A stretch of 51,174 bases of DNA, the filler included, from Bipalium vagum (taxonomy: Eukaryota): assembly GCA_037834085.1 (NCBI GenBank). It is 3 parts of 3 records of this genome, joined end to end, with 100 filler letters (N's around TTAATTAATTAA, not from the genome) between each part and the next. Parts side by side here need not be neighbours in the genome. Positions count along the whole stretch, not along the records: positions 1 to 16,577 come from JBBMKC010104481.1; positions 16,678 to 32,376 come from JBBMKC010151031.1; 1 more part is not named here. One strand, 5' to 3'. A program made the translations under genes and the position numbers. Shown one piece after another: positions 12,801-25,650 of the stretch. Numbering within the stretch: the stretch's first letter is position 1; each line of letters begins with the position of its first letter. The notes beneath the pieces were generated by a model that saw only the letters and a program-made list of their open reading frames with translations, was not told the origin of the DNA and searched no databases.

Positions 12801-15800
12801 AAAAATATTATTATTTTAGTATTAACACTATTGATTTTCTTTTTAATTACAATGAAATGTTTAAAAAATTGGTTACTTTTCAAATCGTAATATCTTCCTT
12901 AAAATAAAGTACAATCTTAAATCTATTGTTTAGGATTATTGCTTTAACAAATAAAAATTTTAATTTTTAGAAAATATGATTAATATAATCGATAACATTT
13001 TTAAAAGAAAATAAAAATTAATTATTGGAAAAGAAAAATATTTAAAAATAAATAAATTTTTATTCAAAATCAATTGATAATTAATTACTGTAAAATCCCG
13101 AGTATAAGCTGCAGCTAATACGTACATAATGGCAACATTTTGAATTGCAGCTAATATGATGTACAGCTTATACAACTAAAAAACAATTCAAATCGAAGAT
13201 AAGATTATTTATTTCAATTTTCAACATCACACTCCTCAAAACCATCACACTTTTCATCAATACGTGCTGCAGTTTATACGACTAAAAATACATTTTTATA
13301 AAATGTCATCTGCAGCTAATACGCGCTGCAGCTTATACTCGGGATTTTACAGTATTTATTATTTAACAATATTTGTTGATTTTTTCTTAAAAATACTGAT
13401 TTATTAATTAATTCTAATAAACAATAAAGAATAATTTTAAAATTATTCTTATTATTATTAACTTTTGTAAGCGCAGATGAGTATGGCAAAATTTTATTGA
13501 TTAATTTTCAAATAGTAAAGTTACCCGTTACTTTAATAAAATATATAAAAGTCAATTTATTCTATGACTTTTAAAAGGTCTGAAACATTGACTTTTAATT
13601 GTTATTGGAAGAATAGAGGAAATCAACCCAATGAAAAAAATTAATTTAAAAACAAAAACGTTTTCATATTTTAAATCTCGCTCATCTTTGTCAGAAAATG
13701 GTGTTGCTTTCAATTGTGACTACTCGGAGTCGTACAAATCCTATCTTTGTCGCAAAAATCGATACATATCTTCTCCTCGAACGTGCTTTGATAATTTCAA
13801 ATTCTCTAACTATTCTTTAAAACGTTGGGAAAACGGCGTCGTTGAAAAGGACGCTAAGACCGTTCAGTCTTCGCCATCACCATCGTTGCTGTCACCATCA
13901 CAGTCGCCACCAATCAGTGATTCGTCGCCGTTCTCCACCAATCCTGTTCGGTGTGAGGTCGCACTGCCGTCGTCCACCCTTTCCAACGGTGAATGCCTTT
14001 GCTCTTGATTGTGTTGTCCTGTGAATCGAATATGCACGTTCTTTTTGCATGTACCTTTTATCAATGTTCTCAAGTATTGTCGATGTTGTCTTGGCGATTT
14101 TTTCCTCTCTCGTTTTTCTACCGATTGTTTTTTGCTGTTCAAAATTGACATTCAAGCGATTATCTTCATCAAATCGATCGATAATTTCAATTGTGTTGTT
14201 TTAGTTTTAATATAAAATTGATTTTCCGACAATGTGCACAGAGACACACACGCACGCACACCCGCTGTTTTTGAATGATGCTGCTCCTTTCTCTCAAAGT
14301 AGTAATAATGATCCATGGAGTTAGGAACACACAAATTTGCACTTGACAATATTACGGTTTCCACTGGTAAAAGAAATCAATAAACTATTAACAATAAAAA
14401 TTCTATTTTCATTGATTTTTTATTAATATTATTTTTAAAATTATTATCATTATTTTTCTCTTTTATTATTATTATTATTGTTGTTTCGTAAAATTCTTTT
14501 CTCCGTCCCAGTCTTAATGTCTCTGTGTTGTATCAGACTTCTGCTTTAGTAGGCCAAATTTTAAATGAAAATCCAAAATATTAAATTTCACCTTATATCG
14601 TTCTTTGAAATGGATTTTATGGGAGTTTACCGGTAATTTTCCAACAGTTTTCAAACTTGGAAATTGTTATCATCGATTTTTCTTTTGTTAAATTATACAA
14701 AAAACCTCAAACACATCCGCCTGACAAAAAATATACGTATAAGACAAAAATCCTTGTCATCACTTCTTAATGTCTGTCATCGTTCGTGTAATTTGTCATG
14801 CTGGCTTCTCTGTGTGGGACCTTTTTCCTCCTTGTGATAATCGATATTATGTCTGCTCAGCTTTGTCTTTGTGTGTCTCTGTGTCTATCTGAATCTGCTG
14901 ATCATTGTTTGACAGGAAGCAGGGAACATCATTCCAAGCAGAGTGATGAGTGTGTCTTACTGTTTCTCATCGTTCGGAGTGTCGCATGAAATGTGACGAG
15001 CCATTTTACCATGGCAACGTCCCCTAACAACGCCTGAATATATCAATATAAAATACCTAGTTAGTTGAATCGTGATCATGCTTGTCTGTCTTTGTCTGTG
15101 TGAGTTCATGTGTTTTGGAGAATTGTGCGAATGATTTTCTATAATATATATAAAACAACAACAACAAAATCAATAGTAATCAAGAGAAAATCGATGGAAA
15201 AACTACAGATAAAACATCACTCATGTTTCAGATCGATTAAAATCTAAGTACCCGCGACTCAGTGAAAACAGTCTTAATTCAGATGATTTGATGTTGGGTA
15301 CAGAAAATGATAATGACGACGATGGTGACAATGATGATGATGTCAGTAAGGATTACCGTACAACGGAAAAGAGTGAACCGTGTAATGTGGCCTGTGCCAA
15401 ACTAAAAACGAAATCGGAAACTGTTTCGAAAAAATCGGTAATGGACAGGATCTGATTTAAATATTCCTAGTTTTGTTTATTGCTATTTTTGATCGATTTC
15501 AGGCTGAAAACAACACAAAATCTTCGAATTTTCTCGAAAGTTCTGTTGAACAAAATGGCGATGAATCAGAAAAGAACGATACGTTCACCTTCGAAAATTC
15601 CCAGGATACGTCAGCCAAGTATCTTTATATTCTTTTTTACACAATTTCTTTCTGTTTTTCCCTTTGGTCCACTCTTATATATTTTTCTCTTTTTTTGTGC
15701 CTCTTTGTGCCTACTTTTTTATTTTCATTCTTTCTCTCTTTCCCTATGTCACTTCCTTTCAATTTCTTTTCTCTCTCTCTTTGTCCTGTTTGATTTTATT

Positions 15801-16193
15801 GATTTTTTCCCGCAGTGCTCATAGAAAGAACATGGCTTCGAAAGGTTTCTCTCTTCGTCCCCACAGTTTCTCCAGCCCATTACGACCTGCTCTTCGTGAC
15901 TCCAAATTCCAATCGAAAAGAAATTCCAATTTGAGTACGATCGACGCATTTGATGTTACTTGGACCTGGATTTCTGCCTCGGAAGCGGCAAATCTGTCTC
16001 AGGAAGTATCCAATTTGAAATTGATGCTTTTGAAAATGAGAAGACTTTTGCTAGATGTAAGTGCAAGAAAGGCAAATTGCCTTTTATCGATTTTTTTCAT
16101 TATTGCTTGTGATAATAAATTGTCTTATCTTTTGCTGTATTTCAGGAGACCAACAGTGACATGGCACGCAATGACGCTTCTATCAATGCGGTA
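9851..16193 (+). CDS. CCSER/FAM190-like serine-rich coiled-coil protein, 7 exons, 3' end cut off by the contig end
   Basis: Exons 9851-9946, 9993-10368, 13617-13988, 15232-15437, 15503-15618, 15816-16056 and 16146-16190/16193. All introns are GT-AG with compatible phases (0,1,1,0,2,0), giving ~485 codons with no stop. It contains SLNSDDLML and LSQEVSNLKLMLLKMRRLL, resembling the CCSER motifs S..SDDLML and D...KT.LLKLKR.L (from memory). Confidence 0.75.
11930..12622 (+). mobile_element. Tc1/mariner-superfamily transposase remnant in intron 2
   Basis: Fragments KKFEETRCV, QDGA..H.Y, PYLTPVEYWFCG (cf. SPDLTPLDF.LWG) and RRIELILSLKGNFQNII. Confidence 0.7.
13088..13352. mobile_element. pogo-type MITE, 265 bp
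   Basis: Perfect 28-bp TIRs CTGTAAAATCCCGAGTATAAGCTGCAGC, TA on both flanks, and internal repeats of TGCAGCT(A/T)ATA. Confidence 0.92.
15005..15053 (+). promoter_or_regulatory. Two adjacent RFX X-box-like motifs followed by a TATA box (putative internal promoter)
   Basis: TTTACCATGGCAAC (15005-15018), GTCCCCTAACAAC (15019-15031) and TATAAAA (15047-15053), in a GC-richer patch of intron 3. Confidence 0.5.
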
Positions 16194-16577
16194 GTAAGAA
16201 TTCTTTATTCACAGTAGTAGTAGTAGTAATATTATTTTATTGATTTTATTTTTATTTATTAATATTAAATTAATTTTTTGTCATTTATTATATCAATTTA
16301 TTTATAATAAATATTTTATTTTTAATAATTATTATTGATTAATTATTCCGATTATTTCATATTTTGTTAAATATAAAAAATAAATATTTTTTAAGATAAT
16401 ATTGATTTCACATTGATTTCTTAATATTTATTTATTTTATCATTATTTCATTATTATAATTTTTTTATTTATTATTTTATATTCATGATTCGTTTAATAT
16501 TTTTAAAAACGTTTACATCTATTTTTGGATTAGTTATATTTTAATTGTTTTAGTATTATTATTATTTATTACTTCAT

Positions 16578-16677
16578 NNNNNNNNNNNNNNNNNNNNNNN
16601 NNNNNNNNNNNNNNNNNNNNNTTAATTAATTAANNNNNNNNNNNNNNNNNNNNNNNNNNNNNNNNNNNNNNNNNNNN
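16578..16677. other. Artificial contig-joining linker
   Basis: 44 N + TTAATTAATTAA (stops in all six frames) + 44 N. Confidence 0.97.

Positions 16678-16753
<76 letters not shown>
16678..16753. repeat. (AAT)n microsatellite at contig start
   Basis: Seen directly. Confidence 0.95.
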
Positions 16754-16755
<2 letters not shown>

Positions 16756-17559
16756 AAAATTTAAATAACAATTTTAAGTTTTCATTTCATTATTTCTAAG
16801 ATCACATAAATATTCTTGAAAATGGATTTCTTTTATTTACAAAAACAAATTTACATAACTCATTAATTTATCAATTAATGAAAAATTGAAAAAAAAGTTT
16901 GCAAAATGAAAATTTTTAACATTTGGATACTTTGAATACTCAAAAACTTTTAATGCAATATTAAAAAACTATTATTTATTTTTAAAATTATTTTTCAAAT
17001 GATCAATCATAATTTAGAATTATCTAAACAATTATAAAACTAAGTAGAACAAATAAAGAATCGATTTTCAGTTGAACTTTTACGTTTACTTTGCTATTTG
17101 ATCTTTTTCATTAATTTTATTTTTAATAGTTATTATTATTTATTGAAAACCATTTCTTAAAATTGTTCTAAAATATAAAAAAAAACATTTTTTCTATGTT
17201 GTTAAATTGAAAAAAAGATTATTTAGGAACTATTCAGATACAAATACTGAAATAAATAAAAAACGTTACTTTTTATCATTTATTACTCTTTTTATTGAAA
17301 GTTAGGTCTTTTAGTATTGTTTTAATTAGTTAAAAGAATTAATTACGCAATATCGATAAAAAATCATTCAACTCTTACAGAAATAAACTTAAGAAGTCCA
17401 TGAAATATTCTACATAAAACAATTAATATATATAAGGAGATATTATCGAGTTTGTTTTAAACTATAACCATTTAAGGATATTATAACAACATTTTAAATT
17501 TCGGAGTGTTATCCGTTTTTCGATTCTGAGAACACATAGAGGTGAAGCTCCATGTCAGT

Positions 17560-18432
17560 CCACTACTTATAATAGAATGAGAGAGGTTACTTCTGAGAGG
17601 AACATTAAATCTGATGAAAAAAATTGATCTACCATTGCAATTGGTGAGATTTAAAAAAATTAAAAACTATTTTGCAAAAAAAGAGGCGAATAACCCACCG
17701 AATTTACTAAAGTTAATTTAAGCAAGAAAAGGTACAGGATATGCTTGAGATAATGAAAACCAGAAATTAATGTAGTAGACTTATCTCACGTTTTCTGACA
17801 GCAGATATGCGAGAAAACAATTGCAAGAGGCATAAGAAAAGGACCCCATGATCTTGGAGACATTTTATTGAGGATTATTAAAGGGAATGATAAGAAACCA
17901 TTGAATCTTTATGCTCCATAAAATAAACGTTTGTCTCGTAAATGGGTTTCCCAGAAAAAAAATAGACAGAAATGCTTTGTTTAAAAATTCTCTTCGAAAA
18001 TCTCTCACACTTAATGTGTTTTGATATACAAAAGGAGTTGTCAAGACCGACTTTTTTCCGAAATCATAGGGTCGAACTACTACTGTTATGAGAAACTTAC
18101 AAAGGAATTCAGAAATGGAGATCTATATTTTCTACATGAAAAAATTCATTTCATATAGTTCACCGAACTATAAATTTAATCATTGGTTAAGGCTTCTTTT
18201 TTATTTCACATCCACAATATTGTCCTGAATTGGTTCTTAATGATTTCTTAATGTTTAATCATTTGAAAAAATATATTATTGAGGACAAAATATAGAGTCC
18301 AAAGAGGAACTCATAAGACCCGAGAAATAATTTTTCAATTAAAAAGATATATATTTTTCGAAAATGATTTCATTTTATTAGTACATAGATGGACGAAGGG
18401 CCTGGAAACAGAAGGATGTTATATAAAAAAAT
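17560..18432 (+). mobile_element. Heavily decayed mariner
   Basis: HPQYCPELVLNDFLMFNHLKK (cf. HPPYSPDLAPSDF.LF..LK) and HRWTKGLETEGCYI at the C-terminus. Boundaries approximate. Confidence 0.7.
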
Positions 18433-18846
18433 AATTCTGTATTTTGATCATATATTTAATAATTTTAGTATAATCTATATTTCTGTACAAGCCTGGGCAC
18501 TCTTTATCCACACCACTTACATCAGTTCACGAATTCTATAAAGAAATTGTCTTGTCTGATCAAAGATATACACTTCACATGAGACTGATTTTAATAAATA
18601 AAATAATTTTTTTTCTGAAGAATCTAAAGACATGTCAGCTTAATATTTTCCAACTTCAAATTGTCATTCAACGATGGTGTTGAGTTGTAATAATAATGAT
18701 AATAATAATAATAAAAATAATAATAATGATGATGAACATTAATTAATAATGTGAAAAATTATTTTTGAATGGATACATCGAAATAATAATAATAATAATA
18801 ACAATGGGAGTAATGATAATAATGAATATTAATTAATTATTAAACG

Positions 18847-19651
18847 GATACATCAAAGTCTTGGCGTCAAGGCTTTGATGTGTTGGGTTTTTTTGTGTAG
18901 GGAAATAGTACTCCGTCGTTGGAGTTACTAAATTCCTCTGTCTCGGCGTGGAGACAGAAATAGCGATTAGCGGCTATTGATGGAAATAGCCGTCTCGAAG
19001 TGTAGAGATTGGTGATCATAAACCAATCTCTACGACTATATAAAGAGATGGCTACTCCCGTCAAATTGTCCAAAAACGCTAGCTCATCAGTCCGAAATCA
19101 AGAACGACAATACGGACAACGAGAATTCGAGGTGGCGCATATCAGAAAACTAGGGATTCAGAAAGACTACGAGCCGAAGAAAGGACCTCAAGGTATTTCA
19201 AGTGGATATGACTTCGCAGGAGGATTCTATAAGGAGACCCAGCGAGCTTGGCCACCCCTAGCGACCTGAGAATGACCTAGATGGCGAGCCGGGGGCCCCT
19301 TGTCGCTCTTGGTGAGCGTTCATTATTTTTGTTTGTCTTTATTTCTAGTATTACTTTTCATGAACTTCTCTCTTGGTGATTATCTTTTTTTTCCTCTCAT
19401 TAATATTAGTGTATTCATTTTATTATTTTTTATTGACGGACATATTTTGGGAACTTGTTCTGGTGATTGTGATTGTGATTTTTGTCAATAAAGTTTTATT
19501 GAAAAGTTTTGAATCAGTTTCTAAGGGTGCGGATACGGTATTATGGTGAGTGTTTTGATTCAATAAGATTGATAGGAGCTACGGACACAACGATTTATAA
19601 AAAGTGAGAAGTCAAGAGCACACGGGCACACGTTACTACGGCTAAGTATAA
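18847..19651 (+). mobile_element. Interspersed repeat copy B (~800 bp): hairpin array, TATA box, splice-donor motifs and AATAAA; probable retroelement terminal repeat
   Basis: Five stem-loops at 18850-19033, TATATAAA at 19037-19044, palindromic CAATAAAGTTTTATTG near 19486; the 3' 450 bp are shared with 7611-8103. No TG...CA ends or TSD were found, so the class is uncertain. Confidence 0.55.
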
Positions 19652-19929
19652 TAGTAAAAATGTCATAATATATTTTTCTTTTTCTTTCAATGTTTAGTAA
19701 GAACTGAAATGACAATTAATTAATTCACCTTAGAATTATGCTTCATAACAGTATAAAATGTCAATTATTTTAATAATACATAATAACTACATAATACATA
19801 ATCGGAAATGTTTATTAAAACCACAATATATATATAATTAGAGGTAATTATTATTAAAAAAATATTTTTGTGTAATAAGTATTGATTTTTCTTAGCAATA
19901 AATTGCAAAACTTATCATTTTATAAACCA

Positions 19930-20400
19930 AACAGATAAAACAAGCTGTGACAAAATCAGGTCCACACTCTTAAAAAATGTTATTACCTGTTTGGTGGGAT
20001 ATCCATGACATTGTGCATTGAAAACTATGGGGAAATAACGTACTATAAATGCCAGACTATATGCTCAGCAATTAAAAAGACTGAATCAAAATATCAGGTT
20101 TATAAAAAGAAACAGGAAAGGTCTGATCCTGCAACACGATTATCTGAGACCACATGTTACTCGATTGACTTAGAAAAAGAAACAGATGCTTGAATAGGAG
20201 TTTTTATCGCATTTTCCATATTCTTTTGACTTATTTTGATCACTTCAAAATTATTTAAATCGACAAAAATTTCAAAAACAAAAATCTATCAGAAAACCCA
20301 TCTCTGCCTTTTTCAAATCAAAGAAGCTAAAATTTTATCGCAAAGGCATGAAGCAGCATTACAGAGGTGGTTGCTAGTTGTCCAATCCGACAGTATATTA
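19930..20400 (+). mobile_element. Mariner C-terminal remnant
   Basis: H..KMLLPVWWDIH (cf. KVML.VWWD) and LQRWLLVVQSD at the C-terminus. Confidence 0.7.
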
Positions 20401-22315
20401 CTAATTAATATTAAAAAAATTTTTTTTCTGTGTTGATTTAAATATACATGTATAACTGAAATACGAAATTACAAATTTCTATACACATTAAATACATTTA
20501 AACATTTACGTGACAACCATTTCATTATTAACGAAAATGAATTTTTAGTAGATTAATAAATACCACGTTAAATAGCTTTAGATTAGTTTAAGAATCCATA
20601 AAAATTTGCTCCTCCATTTTTGAGGCATTTACTAATGGTAGATAATATTTCTGTTCATCACCATAATTCTCTTTAGAAGAAAATAGATTTTCTTCGTCTG
20701 ATTAAATATATTTAAATTTTAGGTCTTTTTAAGTCACCAGATCTGATGTTATTAAAATATTGCCTTAAGCAACTCAATTTTTTTTATAAATTATGAATTA
20801 AATAAAATAATATTTCATAATATTTTAAACTGTTTAATATAAAGAATTTTTTTAATTTAATTTAATAATTTCATAAAATTTTTACTATTAATTTCACAAA
20901 ATAAATCATAAATTAAATTTTGATTTTGATCAATAAAATTGTATTATTTTTTACATTTATCTTTAGTTTTTTTAATTATTAAAAATATATTGATATTTAA
21001 ATACAAGTAGCGTTTTGAATATTTGTTTTAAAATATTAAAAGTATAATTTCAAATAGTTCCGAATTTTCAAAAAATGTATTAATAATATATCCAATTACT
21101 TAATAAATGCATAATAAGGAATTAACCTTAAAGAAATTTATGATCATTTGTCTACGACTACACATAAAAAATAATTAATTGTCCTGGTATTAAATAAAAA
21201 TTAATATAAAAAAATTTGTTTTACGTAAATTAATTTTAGTAAAATCAAAATTTTTATTCTATTTTATTTCATAAATATTATTGTTTCTATTTGCTTATTT
21301 TTAAGATTTACAATACTGAATATAAATGATTAAAATAGATTAATATTTTTCATGATTAGTTTCTCCATTATTTTTTGCAATTACAAATTATCTCAAAATG
21401 AATCTTTTTTAGATATCTATCATTATAATATTTATAAATAAAATTTCTTTCATCGAGAATAAGGCCTATCATTCAGGTAAAAATAGATATAACGTATCGA
21501 TTATTTTCTAAATAATATACAAGTAAAATAGTAATTTTTTTAATTAAATATTTATTTTTAAAAATTCGTTGCCAAGAGTTGTGATAAAATTCGAAAATTT
21601 AATATTTACCTAAAGATAAAATTTCAGCTTCAGCAATTGATGTGTATTCATAATGATTTAACTAACTTATTTTCAATTTAATATTATTAATAATATAAAA
21701 TTTGTTAAATTGATAATTTTTTGGAGAAATATTTTATTAAATTAAAAATGAAGATATTATATAAATCTTAAATTTAAGAAATATGCATTAAAATTGTTTC
21801 TTAATATTTATGAGTATTTGTGGTTATTTCCATGGTTAATATATATTAGAAATCTTTGGGGAGCCATGAAATAACCCAAAACACTTCTAATTTTAGATTT
21901 AAGATGATGTTGATTTTATTCTTTTTATTTTACAATAAATGCTATGGTTTCCCATATTTACTGAATAATGATACAAAAGGCTTCTGGATCAAGGCCCCAT
22001 AAAATTCTTATAAAAATCATATGAAGCATTAATAAAAAATAATTAAGTCTAAATTATTCTGGTGAACCTGAAATACTGACTGTTTTCTCTTACATTTTTA
22101 ATAATTTTAATTTTTCATACTTTTTAAAATGAGTTGAGATTGTTTTTTAACACAGAACAATTAGTGAGATATTTATTAAATGCTCCATTAGTTAATTTTG
22201 AGCAACGAATACATAACAGTTGAAATGAAAAAGTTTATTAGTAGAAAACATTTTAAAGATAAGCTTTAATATCAGTGTAAACATGATTTTTGAATATTTT
22301 TAAGCTGTTCTATCA

Positions 22316-22972
22316 TTAGGTTGTCCCATTTCTTATGTTACTTTATCACCATCATTATTTATCGATTGTTTTTTGACACTCGTTGTTTTGCGAACCAAAT
22401 ATAGTAAAAGTTTTAAGGTTAATTTTTTAGCGGATTACGAATATGACATTAATTTTATTTCAATATATCAATAATTGTGGTAATTTTGTTTGAAAACATG
22501 GATGAAAACATGACACTTAGGGCAGTGATTTTGTTCTTCTGGAAACAAGGTTTAAGCGCGCAAGCAACTGTAGCCAAAATATGTGCAGTTGAAGGTGAGA
22601 GTACGATCAACAAAATGACTGTGTCAAAATTGCTTAGAAAATTAAACGAAGAGGACACCAGCCTGGAATATCAACCGAAATTGGGAAGGCCATCGACTGT
22701 GGATCCAGAGATCATGGCGACAGCTGCAGAAGTGAGTTCACAAACCAGCACGTGGAGATTGTCAGCCAAGCTGGGAGCATCAAAATCCACCGTTCACAGA
22801 AAATTGCAAGAGCTTGGGATGGTTAACAAACGCTGTAGAGTAGTGCTGGAATTCAAAATCTGGCTGAAAGATGGTTAAAACTTTGAAAATTATATTTGAT
22901 TGTAATATAATACATTTTTGTACGTTTTAATTTTTGCTGAATAAAGGTAACATAACATATGAGGCACCCTAG
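22316..22972 (+). mobile_element. Internally deleted mariner (657 bp) with both TIRs and an open N-terminal DNA-binding ORF (ATG 22498 to 22878)
   Basis: Imperfect TIRs TTAGGTTGTCCCATTTCTTATGTTACTTT and (rc) CTAGGGTGCCTCATATGTTATGTTACCTTT. The ORF has LRAVILFFWKQG, GRPS and STVHRKL, then joins directly to the extreme C-terminal GIQNLAERW remnant in another frame. Confidence 0.88.
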
Positions 22973-23699
22973 TATATCAAAACTAATGAATATTCTCTAT
23001 AATCGAGCTATTTTTTTTCTTTATTATTTTTAGCCTTTCTACTTTTCCTAATTATCATTAACATTTTTTAGTTCAGTGATTTTGAAGGTCAACGGATCCC
23101 AGCTGTTTGGAAAATTATTCATTTTTAATTGAGACAATACTGTTTACAAACCAGATCTTTTCGACTTCATCTATAATATCAACATTATCAATTCTCCTCT
23201 TGCTTTTAAATGTTAAAATATTTTTTCCTTCTCGAAGATTGTAGTTTATCTTTTCTTTTGTCATCTCTAAATAATCCATATTTCTCAAAATTCTATTGAA
23301 TTTTTTAATCCTTTTAAGAGTGTATTTTGACTAATAAAGTAAATATCCTCAATTTCAATAGGAAAATTTATTCTTTGTGATTTAATCAGGCTCTTGTTCT
23401 ACTTTTCTTGTAAAAATTGATATAGTTAGCTATAAAATAATTTTGACCAACCCCTCACATATAAATTTCAACCAACTCAAATAGGATTAAATTGCATTTA
23501 AAATGTAAAAAATTATAACATGAATTCGTTTTGTTAATATTTTAAATACATAAATTTACGAAAATTGATGGAATGTAAATCCCGTAAAAATGATGATAAA
23601 ATGTTTCAAATGTTATTTTTTAATAAAATTTATAATTTTTATCAAGCTCAAAAATTACCAGAGTGAATCATATTAAGATTTCGAGCTGCTTTTTTTATT

Positions 23700-24780
23700 T
23701 TTAAGCATTACAGAATTGTCAAAAATTCTAAGATTATGGTAAATAGAATTCAAACCTTAGAAGAGTTGAAAAACTTTTAGCCTAATATGAAAAATACTTA
23801 AAATATAAAAAACTTTTAAAATAATTTTTATTATTCAGTATAATATCCGTTAAGATCAATACGCTTGTTCTCATCCTTTTCATACTGAAGAATTTCATTT
23901 CATGAGTGAAGAGTTTCGAAATACGTCTCTGTAGCTATTATGAACTCGCAGTCTGTTTAAAAATATAAAAAAATAAGTTCTTGAAGTTTGGGAATTATAA
24001 GAAACCTGGTGAAGAATATGATGAATTTTCCAATAATTTGTTCTTCAATTTAGTCATTACAAGAATATAACTGAGTCGGTGTAATATTCTGGTGGAATAG
24101 AATATTTTTCTTTCGTGATCTGAATTTTTTGTAACGTGAATCTTTTTATCGAGATAGACCAAAAAATTGAATAATATTTTCTAATTATTGTTTTACCATT
24201 TTAAAAGTAATCAATTAAAAGAAGCTGTTGCCATCTGGTTCTTTGGATTGCTTTGAACTTAAGCTACCAACTTCTGTCAACTCTCTGTACTGCTCTTTAG
24301 ATTCAGGATCATAGTGATAAACCAAAGTTTCATTTATAGTTACAAAAATTTTTATTATTTTTGTTTTATTTTCTAAGACAGTCCAAATATTACTCAGAAA
24401 GTTTAATTCGATTTCAATTTTTATGTTGAGCTAACTAATACATGACCCATAGCTTTTTCAAATCTAATTCATATGTAAAGGCATGAAACATCAGTTCAGA
24501 TAATATTTTCATACCCAGAGAAATTTCACAGAGTCAATCATTTGTCACCTATCACTATATATATGATATTTTCATCAGTCTTAACAGTTTTGAACAACCA
24601 GAAAGCATTTCATCACCAATGCTTGTGCGACTCTTGAATTTAGTCACCCTATTTTTTATTTGTATATGAAGATACACTATTCTCTAAGACAAATATCCTT
24701 TATCCTTTTATATAAATTAAGATTTAGTAAATAAGAAAGTATGAAAATGATCCAAAATAGTTATTAATAACGATGTCTAA
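23700..24780 (-). mobile_element. Decayed mariner
   Basis: FVTINETLVYHYDPESKEQ around 24290-24345; many stops. Boundaries approximate. Confidence 0.8.
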
Positions 24781-24989
24781 CAATTTTTGAACTTTTAAAA
24801 AGCTTCTTATTCAAATAAATATTTTTTAGATAATTTCACTCTTTAGTCCCAAGTATGCAAACTGTTTTATCATAACATCCTTCAATTTTTGTAAAATAAA
24901 GAAAACAATATTTTCAAAAATAATAATTTTTTTAAAACAGTAACATAAAATTTTATTTAGTATTTAGCTTTGCGTCTATACTCAAAATT

Positions 24990-25650
24990 TACTTAATTGC
25001 ATTTTAAACCCCAGTAGTAGTCGGCTAGCATAGTAAACATTAATTTTCCTCTATACCCGCTTTAATTAATTTCAAAGTTTTCATGAAACTGTTTACCCTA
25101 CTCATATCTCAAGTCATTACAATTTTCTGCTAAAAATGACAGATGACAATGCATGAAATATGATTTTAGTGACATCAGATAACCCAACGACATATTTGCT
25201 TTTAAATCATTTCCTAAGTGCACATAATCAATTGCCTTGTATTTTTCCAGTAGACCATAACATACATCATTAAACCCTTTCTGTTTCTAATTCATCTACA
25301 TTAAGTGATTTTTCAAAAATCATATCCATCATAAGTTGACGAATTTGTGAACTATTGAAAATACCTTGTTTTATTTTTACATCACTCAATTTCGGAAATT
25401 TTAACTTTAGATACTGAAAAGAATTGTTTTAACAATTCAAAGCCTTTACGAACTTATACCTTATGAATCTCAGTTTGAATATATGATGATTAAGAAATGA
25501 TCTTTTATTGAATTTAAGTTCATTGTATTGAATCAATTTTTGTTTCTTCCATTTGATATTGAGAGAAAGAATAGAGGACATAGCAAATCAGTTTCAATGA
25601 TCAATATATCATCAATTCAATCATAAGATAACATTACAATATCATACAAT
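24990..25650 (-). mobile_element. Chapaev3-like (CMC superfamily) transposase C-terminal remnant
   Basis: The minus strand reads KFVKALNC*NNSFQYLKLKFPKLSDVKIKQGIFNSSQIRQLM...SLGYLMSLKSYFMHCHLSFLAEN...GKQFHE...GYRGK...MLADYYWGLK. This matches the motif series FVKA..KFP.LS..KIKEGIF.GPQIR / MSLK.HFLHSHL / GERFHQ / MADYCW; the family name is from memory. Confidence 0.75.

Noticed and set aside
13842-14364. Overlapping short ORFs on both strands (also 603-1244, 15480-15949, 33006-34018)
   Set aside because: They are alternative-frame or antisense shadows of real exons, or run into introns.
16578-16677. TTAATTAATTAA between N runs (also 32377-32476) as a biological motif
   Set aside because: The same 100-nt construct occurs twice and has stops in all six frames; it is a concatenation spacer.
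19048-19269. 73-aa ORF in repeat copy B as a gene
   Set aside because: The ATG lies only 4 nt after the TATA box, copy A has a stop in the matching frame, and there is no recognisable motif.
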